The notes below the pieces were generated by a model that was not told where the DNA came from, searched no databases, and saw only the letters and a list, made by a program, of their open reading frames with translations. The translations under genes and the position numbers were made by a program. This document shows positions 1 through 19,074 of a stretch of DNA of 64,000 bases, piece after piece (within the stretch, counting starts at the first letter, position 1; each line of letters opens with the position of its first letter). The stretch lies in assembly GCF_009914755.1 (NCBI RefSeq), contig NC_060934.1; one strand, given 5' to 3'. This DNA comes from the human T2T-CHM13v2.0 reference genome, Homo sapiens.

Positions 1-394
1 TTCTGACATTTTGTGTTTCCAGCTCTTACTACCTTTGCAATTATCCATCCTTCTTCATCTCCATCTTCTGGTGTCTTCCACACAATAAACAAAAAAGCAG
101 GAATATATGCTCAGATTGAGAACTGCTGTGACCCCTGAGTTTCTTTCTCCACAAACGGAACATACAAAGACAGCTAAGATTTTTCAATTTAGAGGTTTTT
201 GGTTTTAGATTACAGAAATACTTCACTTCATGACATTTTCACAGAACATGTTGTTTCCTATCTGCTGTCAGTTTATAAAGCACTGATAAGCTTCAAATCA
301 ATCAGTTCTCACAGCTGGAGGTAAATGGAAAGAATGCCTATAGTACAGGCCCTCCTGCCCATCAGCTCCACATGTGATGGATCTACTGAGTCTA

Positions 395-604
<210 letters not shown>

Positions 605-682
605 CTAATACAGAATCAAACCCACATCCAGAAAAATATTAGGAAGTGAGAAAACATAAACATAGAAAAGCAAGAATCATAA

Positions 683-1049
<367 letters not shown>

Positions 1050-1252
1050 TAGGTGCTATTATTATCCTTATTTTATAAATAAGATTGAAGCACACGGAAT
1101 TAAATAACTTGCTCAAGGTCAAGTGGCTGGTAAGTAGCAGAATTAGGGTTCTAACACAGACAGCCTGACAACTTTATAATTGGGATCCTCTTAGAAAATC
1201 TCTGTTCAGGAAAGGATGAACATTTGTTTTGGAGACTCAAAAACTCTCTCAT

Positions 1253-1839
<587 letters not shown>

Positions 1840-2458
1840 GTTTCTTACCTTATATAATGTACCTGATACTTTCTCCCACTTCCTGGAATATTTGCCCCTT
1901 TCCTCATTTTGAGAATACAAAAAATGCTTTTTCCTATACATACAGTTTTTCTGTTTTGAGACCACTTCTGGCAATCATAATAACTGTATCTGGAGAAGCA
2001 CCATGGTTCTCCAATGGCAGTAGTTCTATGGAAATGTAACCTATTCCTAGGATTTTGAAATTGTCACCTACTATAGTCAAAAATGGTATGGCACCATTTT
2101 TCCTTCTCTTATAGAAATCCTTTAAGAAAATATGTAGTCCTTGTATTCTGGAACTGCCTAGCACATAGCAGCTTTTTGGTAAATGTTGAATTGCCATAAT
2201 TTAGCTTCCCAGCTAGAGGCATTATAACCCAATTTATGTTGGAGAATCGGAGCAACCGTGACCTTAACGGTATGTTCAAATAATTCATTACATTTAGAGT
2301 GAAAACAAACAAATAAAACCAACCCACCTGTTCAAAGAATAATTTTGAGAAATGACATTTTAGGTACTTCAAAAATTGGAATAGCCTCTGAGTATACTGA
2401 CCAAGGCTAAGGTAACTCCAAGGCACATGAAAATGTATTTTAAATATTAATGTATTTA

Positions 2459-2659
<201 letters not shown>

Positions 2660-3176
2660 TCAAAGTCACCATAAAAGTGACTGAGTCAAAGTCTCAATAA
2701 ATGGAAAATGAAACTGCATTTATTGAGATCACCCTTTTAGGAATACTCCTTGAAACCAAAAAAGAGTAGTACTACGGCCAGTAAAGACAGCACTTGTCTA
2801 CCTTTTTGTTTCAACATGCTTTGCCTTAAATGATTTAGCTTTGCTTTCAGAGACACCATCTTCTTAGCTTAGTAATATTAACGTTCTGTTGCTTCAATAT
2901 GGTATTACTTATCTGGGCAAGAAAGTATGTCTAGGGTGAGACATATTGCTGCAAAGTAAGAAGTTGAAACACTACATCTTAGTCTTACCCTCACAACAAG
3001 CCAGCTTTCTACTTTGTTCTTTCTAGTCTCTTTGTTGTAAGTGCAGTCAGGAGTTCTGGGCATGTCACCCTGCCAACATGGATAATTTCAAGTTGGTTTC
3101 TTTTATTAGTTTATTCATTATCACTACAGCTCTATGGTAAGGCAGAAAAGTATACTGTAAGGTACTCAGCCCCCTA

Positions 3177-3477
3177 TTTTTTTTTCTTTTTTTTTTTGAG
3201 ACAGTTTCACTCTGTTGCCCAAGCTGGAGTGCAGTAGTGCCATCTTGGCTCACTGCAACCTCCGCCTCCAGGGTTGAAGTGATGCTCATGCCTCAGCCAC
3301 CCGAGTAATTGGGATTACAGGCATGTACAACCATGCCTGGCTAATTTTTGTATTTTTAGCAGAGACGGGGTTTCACCATGTTGACCAGGCTGGTCTTGAA
3401 CTCCTGACCTCAAGTGATCCACTCGCCTTGGCCTCCCAAAGTGCTGGGATTACAGGTGTGAGCCACGGCGTCTGGCC
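3177..3477 (-). mobile_element. AluS with TSD ctcagcccctattt
   Basis: Full dimer with a direct repeat on both sides. Confidence 0.95.
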
Positions 3478-4154
3478 TCAGCCCCCTATTTCGATCATGT
3501 CAGCTGCATACACAAATTACTAAATATACTTAAATGGTAAAATTAAGCTGAAGTTTAAATAACAAAATGAAAAAATGCAAAGCTTGACAAAACTTTCCCT
3601 TAATGATGAAAGCTTTTCAAGGCTTCTTTAGTGTTCCTAGATCAGTCATAATATCATTAATATACTCTGTGCATTGGAATAAAATATAAACTCAACAGCC
3701 CTCCTCCCTTCCCATACTAAATGTTCTGGTAAAGAAAACTAAGTTGTTTACTTCCTTCCTTTGGTGCTTCAAATTTATACAGCTCTAGAGAATAAACCAA
3801 AATAAATATTCTATGTGTCCTTATACTAGTGAATTAAAATTTCAGTTAACATCATTTACATGAAAAAAGTTAAGATTTTATGCAGAGAAAAAAGTAAAAT
3901 GAACTTTGTATATTATGTATAATTGTTAGAGAGGCCATATTCCCATCCTGCTCATGAATTTGTCAACAGAAACACTTTCTGGGCTCAAATTCCATTTTCA
4001 GGTAGTTAGGCAGCTAGGCTGGAAACTCCTGGTTTTTAGTTGCCTGGGTGAATCATGTGTGTGTCAGCTTCCAATTGTCTGCTTCACTTGATATTGACTT
4101 CCAATAGGTTTGCTTTCCTTTAGGCCAGAGACAGGGTTTCAACATGTCAGCTAG

Positions 4155-4277
<123 letters not shown>

Positions 4278-4842
4278 TAGTTTTGTATATTTGTTGTCAC
4301 TTCTCAAATTTTTGCTACCTGTCTGAATGTTACATTTTACTGAGGAGTTACTATGTGGCAGGCATTGAGCTAGATAATTGGAGGTGTTTATTATTTGACT
4401 TCATACTCTCAATCTTGAAAACTTTCATTTCTTTATTGTTTAAACAGAGGAGGATATTGGGGCTCAAAGCAGTTAAATGGCTAGCTCAAAAATCACACAG
4501 CTCCTTTTTGGCAGAAGTGGGAATTGAACTTAAGTCAACACTGACTCCAAAGCCTACAAACTTTCCTTATGTTCCAAGGCCTCTAATGTGAACATAGAGG
4601 TACTTAAAATGATAAACACACACTCTTCATGCTGACACGATTTGACCTAAAAACTAAGCAACAAAACATGACACAGTGGTTATGTCAGTCTCTGCAAAAG
4701 CTGAACATTCCAAGTTGATCATCTCAAGGAGATAACCAATATCACAGAAACACTGCCTGTGTTATGCTCAGGAGTTTAGGCTTGACCGTAGTAAATGGAA
4801 GATCCACAGGCAACATTAAACTCTCAGATAGGTTTGTCATGT

Positions 4843-5135
4843 GTTTTTGTTTTTTGGGACAGGGTCTTGTTCTGTCATCTAGGCTAGAATGCAGTGGCAC
4901 AGTCATAGCTCAATGCAACCTCAGACTTCTGGGCTCAAGCAATCCTGCCTCAGCCTCTGGAGTAGCTAGGACTACAGGTGCGTGCCACCAAGCCTGGATA
5001 ATTTTTCTATGTTTTGTGGAGATGTGGTCTCACTACATTGCCCAGGCTGGTCTTAAACCTCCTGGCCTCAAATGATCCTCCTGCCTCAGCTCCCCAAGGT
5101 GCTAGGATTATAGGTGTGAGCCACAGCACCCGGCT
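4843..5135 (-). mobile_element. AluJ (TSD ggtttgtcatgt); Alu left-arm fragment also at 4126-4244
   Basis: Alu consensus match. Confidence 0.9.
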
Positions 5136-5279
5136 GGTTTGTCATGTTTTTTAAACTTCTGATTATAAATCTCTTCAGGTGGAAATGTTCTCTCTTATTC
5201 TTCCTTATTTTGTCACACTTGGCCCACTTCACTCCTATATGTTATTTGCCTAATTCCTGTAGATACTTGAGAATGTAAC

Positions 5280-5990
5280 AATGGCAGAAAATATGAAGCC
5301 ACTGAAGGTTTTAAGTAGGAGAGTGACACAATCAAGCAATTATAAAGGACTTCTCCAGCTACTGTGTGAAGAATGAGTTGGAAAAGAAAGGCCAGCTTTA
5401 AAGAAGATCAGAAGCTCTTTTAAATGTTGAAAATGCAAACTGCAGTGATGGCAGTGGTAATGGAGAGGAGGGACACATTTGAGATACCCAAAGAAGGCAG
5501 AAATTATAGAACTTAATGATTAGTTAGCTGTGATGAGTTGAGAGTGAAAAGGAATGACAGCATGACTGGCTTAGACTACTGTGTAGCTTGCATGGCATGA
5601 AGAAAGAGAGCAAATAGATGTAAAATGTTTGAGAAATAAAATGATTTCAGACGGGATCTGCTAAATTTAAGGGGTCTCAGCTTATGCAGATGAAGATGTT
5701 CAGGAGACAGTTGGAAATATGGGTCTAAAGCTCAGTGAGAGAGGTTTAAGCTGGGATTTATGGGCATACAAGTGGCTAGCTGCAAAGAACCTGAAAGGAA
5801 GTTGCCCATGCAAAACTGAGGAGTGAGGAGAAGGTCAAGAAAAGGGTAGATTGCAGGTGGAAGCCAATGTTTAAAGTGCAACGAAAAGGAAAGGAGGCAG
5901 TGACAGAGGAAGCGGCATCACAATATCCAGAGGAATACAGCCCAAATTAATAGAAATAGGAAAACATTTGATAAGAGCGAAGTCAATATG
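5280..5990 (-). mobile_element. L2 fragment
   Basis: agccactgaaggttttaagtaggagagtgacaca...cagttggaaatatgggtct resembles the L2 consensus in antisense. Confidence 0.65.
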
Positions 5991-6661
5991 CTCCCATACA
6001 TGAATTAAAGCAGTATCCCCATTCCCTCTCTCCACAATTACAGAGGTGACACAGACTGCTTACAACTTCAGCTTTATCAGGATCTTGCAGTCTTACTGTC
6101 TTGTGAGTTCCATGAAGGCATGTGCCCAGATCATTTAAATGACTGAATGAGTTATTCTAGCATATTATGGTTAATATCACCTCCTACAACTAAGGTTAAA
6201 TACACTTTACCAAACAAAGTATACCCTGTAATGCTTGAGGTTTCTCTGTCTTTTTATCCTGGTATAGTTCCTTTCAAAGTACTGGCTTTATGTGGAGCAA
6301 CTGAGAGTGCTTGTTAAAGTACATGCGCTGACACCACAGAGGCCATGAACCTGTGCTTGGGCCACTGCTGAGGCAAGCTGGGCTGCAGCCTTGGACATGC
6401 TCACTTGGGCCTCACCAGCCTCTCAGGGCCAGTCTTTCTAGAAAGAGCTCTCAGCCTATTCAATTTCATTGGCTGATCATGTCAAAGCATATGGGACAAA
6501 CAAGCCAAAAACAAGCTTGCTTTAAGTGAAACATGCTACACAGTATATGATGTCAAGCGATTCTCTTGTAAACTTATTTGTCTCCTCTCAAATGTAGCCT
6601 TCAGGGCAATTTTTAAATCTAGTTGTTTTGGAAAGCTTATGGCATCCTGTGTTTATTCTAA

Positions 6662-7093
<432 letters not shown>

Positions 7094-8164
7094 TAATTTA
7101 CTTTCTACACGATTTCCAAAATGGTCTCAGCAAGTGTTGAAACTGATTAGAACAATAAGACCCTACACAAAGTTTGTTACTATACACCTTTCACTTAGAT
7201 TTCCTTAATAATCTTTGCTACTAGGATACAGAGCTACATTAGGTCTGTTCTGGTTACAAGTCTGTTTCTATAATATCATTCCACCATTGACAATCATGAT
7301 AATAATAATGACAACTCTACACTGTTTCCTGAAGCACATTTTTTCTGTTTTGTTTTAGTAAAGAGAAAAAACCATCTTTTTCTATGTGTATTGAGTCACA
7401 TAATCAGATAAACACTAGCTGTCCTGAGACTTTCACTGGTTGATTTCATGGCTATTTCTCTCACTGTTCTTTAATAGAAAATGCATAAGGAATGGTACGG
7501 GTAGGAATGGTTGAACTAAAGTTCTAATTCTGGCTTTTCCAATAACCTAATGAGTCATTTGCTGCCTTACATTATTTTTTGGTAGCACTGATGGAATGAT
7601 GAAAAAATGAATAGGTTAGATTCTAAACAAGTTTCTTATTTTCTATTGGTTTGATTCTCCTATCAAAGAATTCTTACCTGTCCCATTCCTGTTTTAGAAT
7701 GCTAGAGGATAAATGAGGTAATTGATATGCAATGTCAGAGAAGTCTGAGTTTTGAAAAAAACTTCCAGAATGTTCCTCTATTCAATGATGAGCTTTCCAC
7801 TGAATTTGTAAGGATGATCACACAGCCTCTGATTATTTCTGAGGGAGAGGTCACCACTTCTGAGGTGTAAACATTGTTGACCATATTAAATGAGCTGTTT
7901 TTTTTCCTCATGCACAGTCCAAATCTACCCTGTGTAGCTCCTAAAAACTGTCATAGTTTAATCTTCTAGAGAAATAAATCTGCTTCTTCATTTATATGAT
8001 GGCCCTCTGAATACATATAAACTATTATCATGTCTCTAAAAAGGCTTCTTAGAACTTGCTTCCAAAACCTCAACATCATAATAGCCCTCGTCTGGGGGGT
8101 ACTTTAAATGGTCAATGCCCCCATAAATGCACTATATATATATACATATATATATATATTTATT

Positions 8165-9187
<1,023 letters not shown>

Positions 9188-10217
9188 CACATAGACTGTA
9201 ATTGATTACAAAAGACACTGTGTTATTCAATAAAATTAAAGTCAAGTTTCTTTCTTCTGGTTGTGCTAGAATTATAATTTAAAACACTGTTAACAATGTT
9301 TTGATTATACCATAAGTTTTAGTTTCAAACCATTTAGTGATTTAATATGCTTAAACAAGAGTAAATTAGACTACTTCCTAAATGTGTTTTCTGTGGTTGT
9401 GCAGCTGTATACTCCCATGAAACTGTACTACAGGGGGACCAGACTACATAGTGTAAAACAGCATTCTGCCATTTAAAATATCTAGTTTCCCATATGATGT
9501 GCAATTTGAAATGATAAAATGGCAAGAAGTTTACATGGCTAACTTTCAGAATACAATATCCAGAAATTTCCTTAGTGGGAGAACAAGACAATAAGGCAAT
9601 CTAAAGTAGCTAAAATTAATGATATGTAAATGCATTAATCTAGTTCTTCTTAGCTCTGCTCCTTTAACACAGAATTAAAAAAAAAATTCTCCTGGTGAAA
9701 TGATGAATACCAAGGACAAAAAAAAAAAATCCTCAGTCATCCAGGAGGAAAAGAAATTAGTTATCAGGAAGAAGAAAGTATTACGTTGTATCATGATTCT
9801 CCACAACACTTGAAAACTACAGAGCAAGTTCCAAAGAGTCTTAAGGGAAAACAACTGTAATCTAAGAATTCCATAAAAGAGAAGTCAGGCTAGGTGCAGT
9901 GGCTCATGCCTGCAATCCTAGCACTTTGGGAGGCTGAGGTAAGCAGACTGCTTGAGCTCAGGAGATCAGAGGATCACCTGAACCTGGGGAGGTTGAGGCT
10001 GTGGTGAGCTGTGATCATGTCACTGTGCTCCGGCCTGGGCAACATAGCGAGACCCTCTCTACCTCCCCACTTCCAGTCCCAGCCTCGAAAGTGAAGTCAT
10101 CATTTACCTACATTAGCAACAGAAGATATTCTCAGACATGCAAGGACTTTGAAATTGTATAATCCACATAACCTTCCTAATAAAAATTCCACAAGAAACA
10201 GTAACAAAAGTCTGGAA

Positions 10218-10388
10218 CAAGGGTTGGTAAACTATGGGGTAACCTGCTAGCTAGCTATTTGTTTATGTATTGTCTATAGCTGCCTTTGAGTTACAAGGGC
10301 AGAATTGAGTAGTTGTGACAGAGACATTATCACCCACAAGCCTAAAATATTTGCTATCTGGCCCTTTAAGAAAAAGTCTGCCAATCCT
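10218..10388. mobile_element. MER58-like hAT-Charlie MITE
   Basis: caggggttggcaaact-like start; gcctaaaatatttgctatctggccctttaagaaaaagtctgccaa end. Confidence 0.8.
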
Positions 10389-11181
10389 ACTGAGAAAATT
10401 ATTCAGCCAACAAGAAGAAAAATTAACCAAAATAAAGAAATAAAGACAGGAAAATGAGGTAAATTAAGATGTGAGCAATAAATTAGCTAATAAAATAAAA
10501 TCAATAAAATCAATAAAAGTCTTAAGTTTAAATAATCGTTTTGTTTTGTTTTGTTTTGTTTTAAACAGGGGCTTGCTATGTTGCCCGGGCTGGTCTCGAT
10601 TTCCTGGGCTCAAGTGATCCTCCTTCCTCGACCTCCCAAAGTGCTGGGATTGCAGGTGTGAGCCATCTTGCCTGGCCAAATAATCATTATTAATACAATA
10701 ATAATAATGGCACCTGACATTTATGACATGCTTATTATAAATCAGGATTATATAATTAACCTGTTATTATATATATAACCAGGATTATATATATAACCCT
10801 TAATCCTCCCAACCATTCTGTGACGTCGGTACTATTAATGTCCGTTTCCAGTTAAAAAAAAAAAAGAGAAGACTAAAGTAGAGAGTATGTCCAGGGTCAT
10901 AGAGCTGGAATTCAAATCCAAACAGTCCACTAGAGCAGCCACTCTTAGCTATTATACCAAAATGGTTATAAAATAATAAAGTACGGAAAATACTTCTTAA
11001 AAGTGAACACATATAATATAAAATTATTTAAAAATAAAGAGAACTTGGAATAAAAAATGCCAGATTGAGACATTGTAAAAACTGAGTGGGGAGAAGAAAG
11101 TGAAAGGAAGTTAAAATTTTCAACTTCCAATAGGAGACATCCAAAGATATGGACGGCTTCATCCGAGGTAAAAAGGTCAGT

Positions 11182-11216
11182 CACACACACACACACACGC
11201 ACACACACACACACAC
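11182..11216. repeat. (CA)n microsatellite (others at 14590-14622, 18513-18550, 29144-29180)
   Basis: Direct reading of the sequence. Confidence 0.95.
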
Positions 11217-11765
11217 CCCCTATGTGTGAATTTAATTCAAAGGTCACCATTAATAGAGTGTTGAAATTACCAGGGAGAAAAACCCAATAAATAAATTATG
11301 CAAAAGACCTAAAAAAAAAGTGACAAGAAAGCATGAAAAACATAAAATAAGGTAAAAGAAGACCAAATACATCTCCCCAAATTTAAGTAAACTAAGTTGC
11401 TCAAATTATGTTATTTATAATAAACATATCAAAAATAAAATGCAAGAAGATAATAAGGGAAATACAAGAAAACTAAAACATAAAGAAAGCAGGGTGGTAA
11501 TATAAGCATCAAGTGGAAAGGAACTAAAGGCATAAGGATTAATAAGAACAAAGGCCATTTTCAGTATTGTTGGTTGCCAATAGGAATATGGCAATAGAAC
11601 AAATATGTATCTTTAGGACTAGCACAATACATCAAAATATGCAACAAAACATTAGTTAGATATAAAGGACAAACTGACTAACATTACTATCTCAGTTTTT
11701 GACGTATTTTGTAGAAAATTTAATGAGACCATGGAGAGTTTATAAATACTGACCACAGTTCAATT

Positions 11766-12070
11766 TGTTTTTTTGTTTTGTTTTGTTTTGAGACAGAGTC
11801 TCATTCTGTCGCCCAGGCTGGAGTGCAGTGGTGCAATCATGGCTTACTGAAACTTCTGCCTCCTGGGTTCAAGAGATTCTCCTGAGTCAGCCTCTCAAGT
11901 AGCTGAGATTGCAGGCGTGAGCCACCACATCTGGCTAATTTTTGTATTTTTAATAGAGACGGGGTTTTGCCATATTGGCCAGGCTGGTCCCAAACTCTTG
12001 ATCTCAGTGATCTGCCCGCCTTGGCCTCCCAAAGTGCTGGGATTACAGGCATGAGCCACTGAGCACAGCC
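11766..12070 (-). mobile_element. AluS
   Basis: Alu consensus. Confidence 0.93.
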
Positions 12071-12098
12071 TAATTTTTCATATACACATACACACGTG

Positions 12099-13528
<1,430 letters not shown>

Positions 13529-13584
13529 TGAATATATATAAGTTCCTACTTGTATATCTTTTTATTAAAAAGTTTAATAAAAAC

Positions 13585-13659
13585 TTGAAAAAGTACTTCT
13601 GTAATATGGAAAAGAATATTTTTTGAAAAAGTACTTCTGTAATATGGCAAAGAATATTT
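13585..13659 (+). repeat. 38-bp tandem duplication (ttgaaaaagtacttctgtaatatgg(a/c)aaagaatattt x2)
   Basis: Direct reading of the sequence. Confidence 0.95.
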
Positions 13660-14239
13660 ATCTGAAACTAAGATTTACCATATGCTTAATTGAAAAATGC
13701 CAGACACATTTATTTTAACACGTCAGTATGGTCATTACTACTGCTACTATATTGAAAGTTCTAGCCAAAGCAACATATAATGAAGTACACAAGTTAGAAA
13801 AGAGAAAAATATTATATTATCATTATTTGCAGATACTATAAATGTCTTCCTAAAAAATCCAAGGAAATGAACCAAAGCTTTCAGAATTGCTACTAGCAAT
13901 AACAGGTTCAGTTATAAAATGCATATGTAACAGATTTTTTTTTTCCCCACTGCTCCAGTCAAGGGAGATTTAACAGATTTTAAACTGGGAAACTAAAATA
14001 CTTGACAAGCTGCACCAGCATCTTCCTAATTACTCCTCTTCCCTCTTGGCCTATAGTTTCTATTGACAAAATGAAATGTTTTTTGAGGCAAGATCAAGGT
14101 AAGTCTGGAGTTATTGAGAAAGTATGGAGGAATTAGGATTTGAAATGGGTTCAAGCCCAAGACTATACCAGACAAAATATCTATTCTCCTCATGCAATAA
14201 CCATTTAGGGTTCTTAGAAATATTACATTAATTTAAAAA

Positions 14240-14589
14240 TAATAACTAACGATTACTTAGGGCTCACCATGTGGGTCAGGCACTGTTACTTAGATGTAGC
14301 TTACAAGGCCGGGCACTGTAGCTCATGCCTGTAATCCCAGCACTTTGGGAGGCTGAGGCAGGTGGATCACTTGAGGTTAGGCGTTCAAGACCAGCGTGGC
14401 CAACAAACCCCAACCCCATCTCTACTAAAAGATACAAAAACTAGCTGGGTATAGTGGCACATGCGGGTAATCCCAGCTACTTGGGAGGCTGAGGCACGAG
14501 CATCGCTTAAAACCTGGGAGGCAGAGGTTGCAGTAAGCTGAGATGGTGCCACTGCACCACTCTAGCCTGGGTGACAGAGTCTCGCTCTG

Positions 14590-14627
<38 letters not shown>

Positions 14628-14800
14628 AAAAAAAAAAGGAACTAACTTATATATCTTAATCCATTTAATCCTCATAACAACTCTATAAGGTAGATAGTTG
14701 TAGTAATACTACAGATGAGGAAATTGAGGTTTATTTACGTGGCCAATAAATGGTAGAGCTGGGATATGAACCTTGGTGGTATGGATCCAGAGCCCTGATG
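14240..14800 (-). mobile_element. MIR interrupted by an Alu (14307-14637, +, with CA-repeat tail)
   Basis: atttaatcctcataacaac...acagatgaggaaattgagg MIR core flanking the Alu. Confidence 0.7.
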
Positions 14801-16863
14801 AATGGCTGCCAGGATGAAACACATACATAACAGGCTGAATTAACTAGAAAGGGATATTCTTTGCTACAAAAGGGTACAATAAGGCTAGATAGTTTACAAC
14901 TTTGCAAACTTAAGTCTCTGGAATATAAAACTCATTTTTATATTTAAAACCCATCAGTCCACCCCTCATTTCTAGTTCTGCTTTCAGGTACATTTTTCAT
15001 TTGGTCTCCACCCTGTATGTTTTTCTAATAATCAGAATTAAATGTGAAATCCTCAACAACAGAAAAAAGCCAGGACTTGTTAAATTAAATGATTACTGCC
15101 ATGACCACAATCAACACAAAAGATATACTTGAATGATTAGCTTGAAGAATAGGAAGATAAATCACTGAGAAATTTAAGCCACATCTGGGAGATACGGTGT
15201 ATATAAATACAACTGGGAAGTCATCTTTCCGAAATTTCTTGGAAACAAAAAACACCACATGAAACCAATGATTGGTTCAGACAGTTTTGGAAGTTGAAGA
15301 ATGTTGGTATTTTTTAGTATGTAAAGCTGCCTTTAAGCCCTTGACTAAATGCCTTGTGTTTGCAGGGAGGGACCAAATAGTGGGAAAGGAAGAAATTACT
15401 TTGAGAAGGACAATATTCATTTACACACAGGACTTAAGACGCACTTTTAAAATCTATCAATCATTATTTTATATGCCTCCTCCCTCCATTAGACTGTAGC
15501 TGCTCTACATATATATATGTCTATGTATGTATGTATATGTATGTATGCATATATTTATTACTTGCTGAACAAGATGTAGGTGAAAGAACCAAGGGAAAAA
15601 CAAATCAGTTTTATTCCAAAACTTTCCCTTTAGACACAAGATTTTGATGTCAAATAACACATAATACTAAGAAAAATATCTGGAAGGAAGAGTGAGAAGA
15701 GATAAATACAGATGTATCTTTGGTACCTCAGCAAAAAGTTCGCACTGTAGATCTGAATTAGCTCAATGGAAGAAGAGGCTGATACTACCTGTGGAGCTTT
15801 GGAGGGTCCCTTTTTCTAACAAGACCACATTGTCACCCACGAAGTTCCCTTTGTTCCACAGACTCCTGGATGTTTCCTGCCTCCTGTCCTTGTAATTACA
15901 GAGAGAGTTATGGGGGTCCTTTCCATGATGTGTTCTAGCTTGTCTGACCCAACTAAGCATACTTTTCTGCACAATGGCAAGAGGATGGGGGTTGGGCAAT
16001 TTTGCTGCTCTTCTGCCTGTGAGTTCCCCTCTAGACCTTATTTTAGATTGTGTTTACACTATATAGCACCAATGGTATGTGTGTCCATGTGCCCTTTGCA
16101 CAACAAAGGGGAAAAAGTAATTTTGTTGGATGAAGAACTGCCTAGGAGGCAGCGAGTTTAATCTCCTTTGACATTTCACCAAGGACCCGTTTTTTCCCCT
16201 CAATTTGTCTTCGTCCAGATCTGAGGGCTTCCTCCTACTAGTGGAAAGAGCCCAAAGGAAGCCTGTGTTTTTCACTGACGTTCCACCACTGGAAAGCCTA
16301 AGGAGCCAAACACCAAACAGAATTATGAACCAGGACAGTCCCATAAAAGGCCAAAGGAGGATTTCCTGATCAATTTACCATAGAACAAGAAGACCGATGA
16401 CCCTGTCTGTGAGACCAATGTGGTCAAGATGAAACAATGCTTAATGCTTTAAACAGTTCCGTCTCTGGGTGCTGAGACAAGTTGGATGATTCACTTATTT
16501 TGCAATAAGCCCCAATAGATAATTTGTTATTCTCCTAAGTCTGTAAGCCAATTTCTTTTCATTAGAATCAAATACAGTTAAATATTAATATTACTTTACA
16601 CATAGCCTAGAGTTGGAAAGAAACTATTTAAGAAAACACTGCAGTGACTCCATCTGTGGAAAAATAATTACCCTTTAATTTACCTGCTTCATATATCTGG
16701 ATTTGGGACCATTGCTTTTCTTAAAAGGAGGCACTCAAAATCCTCTCTCCCATGGATTCATATTCACCCAGCTTAAAAGCAACTCTGTGACAGACAAGTG
16801 AGCACAGAAAGACTAACATTAATTATGTAATTGTCTAGGGGCCTTAGAGAGTTAATGTAACTT

Positions 16864-16948
16864 GGGTCAGGTGTGGTCGCTCACACCTGTAATTCCAGCA
16901 CTTTGGGATGCTGATGCAGGTGGATCACTTCAGGCCCGGAGTTCGAGA
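16864..16948 (+). mobile_element. 3'-truncated Alu with 16-bp TSD and no polyA
   Basis: TSD gagagttaatgtaact at 16847-16862 and 16945-16960. Confidence 0.9.
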
Positions 16949-17429
16949 GTTAATGTAACTAATCTGGTCCTATATAACAGATCAGACATTCAAAGTATTT
17001 AGCCCATGGAGGTACTCTAGGTACATACATACATTCAAGTGTAACTCTAAATCACTATGTTTCTTCATTATAAGAATCTAATATTCTTTCCTTTTTTTTT
17101 AATTTCTGCGTACAGAGATACTAGTAAAATGAACTTTTGGAATTCTACAGTACCATAAACACAGGCGTGACTACAAGATAGGCTTTGCAAACACTAAAAA
17201 ATAATTAACTTTATGAGGTGTTAAAAATAGATATAAAAGTTTAAAAAACCATTAGAGGGCTTAATAAACTATGCTTATCCCCCTCCAAACATCCCTAACT
17301 AGTATTGTGAATTAGCAGTAATTAGAGTAGCTATTCTTTTCACTGTGCTTAAGTGAAAAAAGAAAAACAGCATAGTAAATTCTAGTGCCCGCCAGTATAT
17401 GATTTTTCTTAAAAGGAATGGTGCTTAGA

Positions 17430-18616
<1,187 letters not shown>

Positions 18617-18769
18617 CTATGCTAATAAATCTCTGCATTACATACATTATATTAAGAACTATATAAAATGTCATTGCACAGATTTATTTTAACTGGTTTA
18701 GCCATTGTTTGATATTTGAGTTCTTTCTCGTTTATTTTTATGTGTGTATTTGTTTTTTAATTATTTTAC

Positions 18770-19074
18770 TTTATTTTATTATTTTATTGAAACAGGGTAT
18801 CACTCTGTCACCCAGGATGGAGTGCAGTAGCACAATCACAGCTTATCAAAGCCTTGACCTGCTGGGCTCAGGTGATTCTCCCACCTCAGCCTCCTGAGTA
18901 GCTAGGACTATGGGTGCCCATCACCATGCCTGACTAATTTGTGTATTTTTTGTAGAGACATGGTTTCGCCATGTTGCCCAGGCTGGTCTTGATTGAACTA
19001 CTGGGCTCAAGCGTTCTGCCCGCCTTGGTCTCCGAAGTGCTAGGATTACAGGTGTGAGTCACCATGCCTGGCCT
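18770..19074 (-). mobile_element. AluJ
   Basis: Alu consensus. Confidence 0.9.

Larger units (their letters stand above)
9680..11760 (+). mobile_element. Highly decayed L1M(E)-type fragments interleaved with Alu, MIR and MER58
   Basis: A-rich ORF1/ORF2-like tracts (e.g. aagaaagcagggtggtaatataagcatca). Confidence 0.5.

Noticed and set aside
41-226. 61-aa minus-strand ORF downstream of exon 8
   Set aside because: Does not match the next MICU1 exon (FERHDPVDG...) and has no convincing splice signals.
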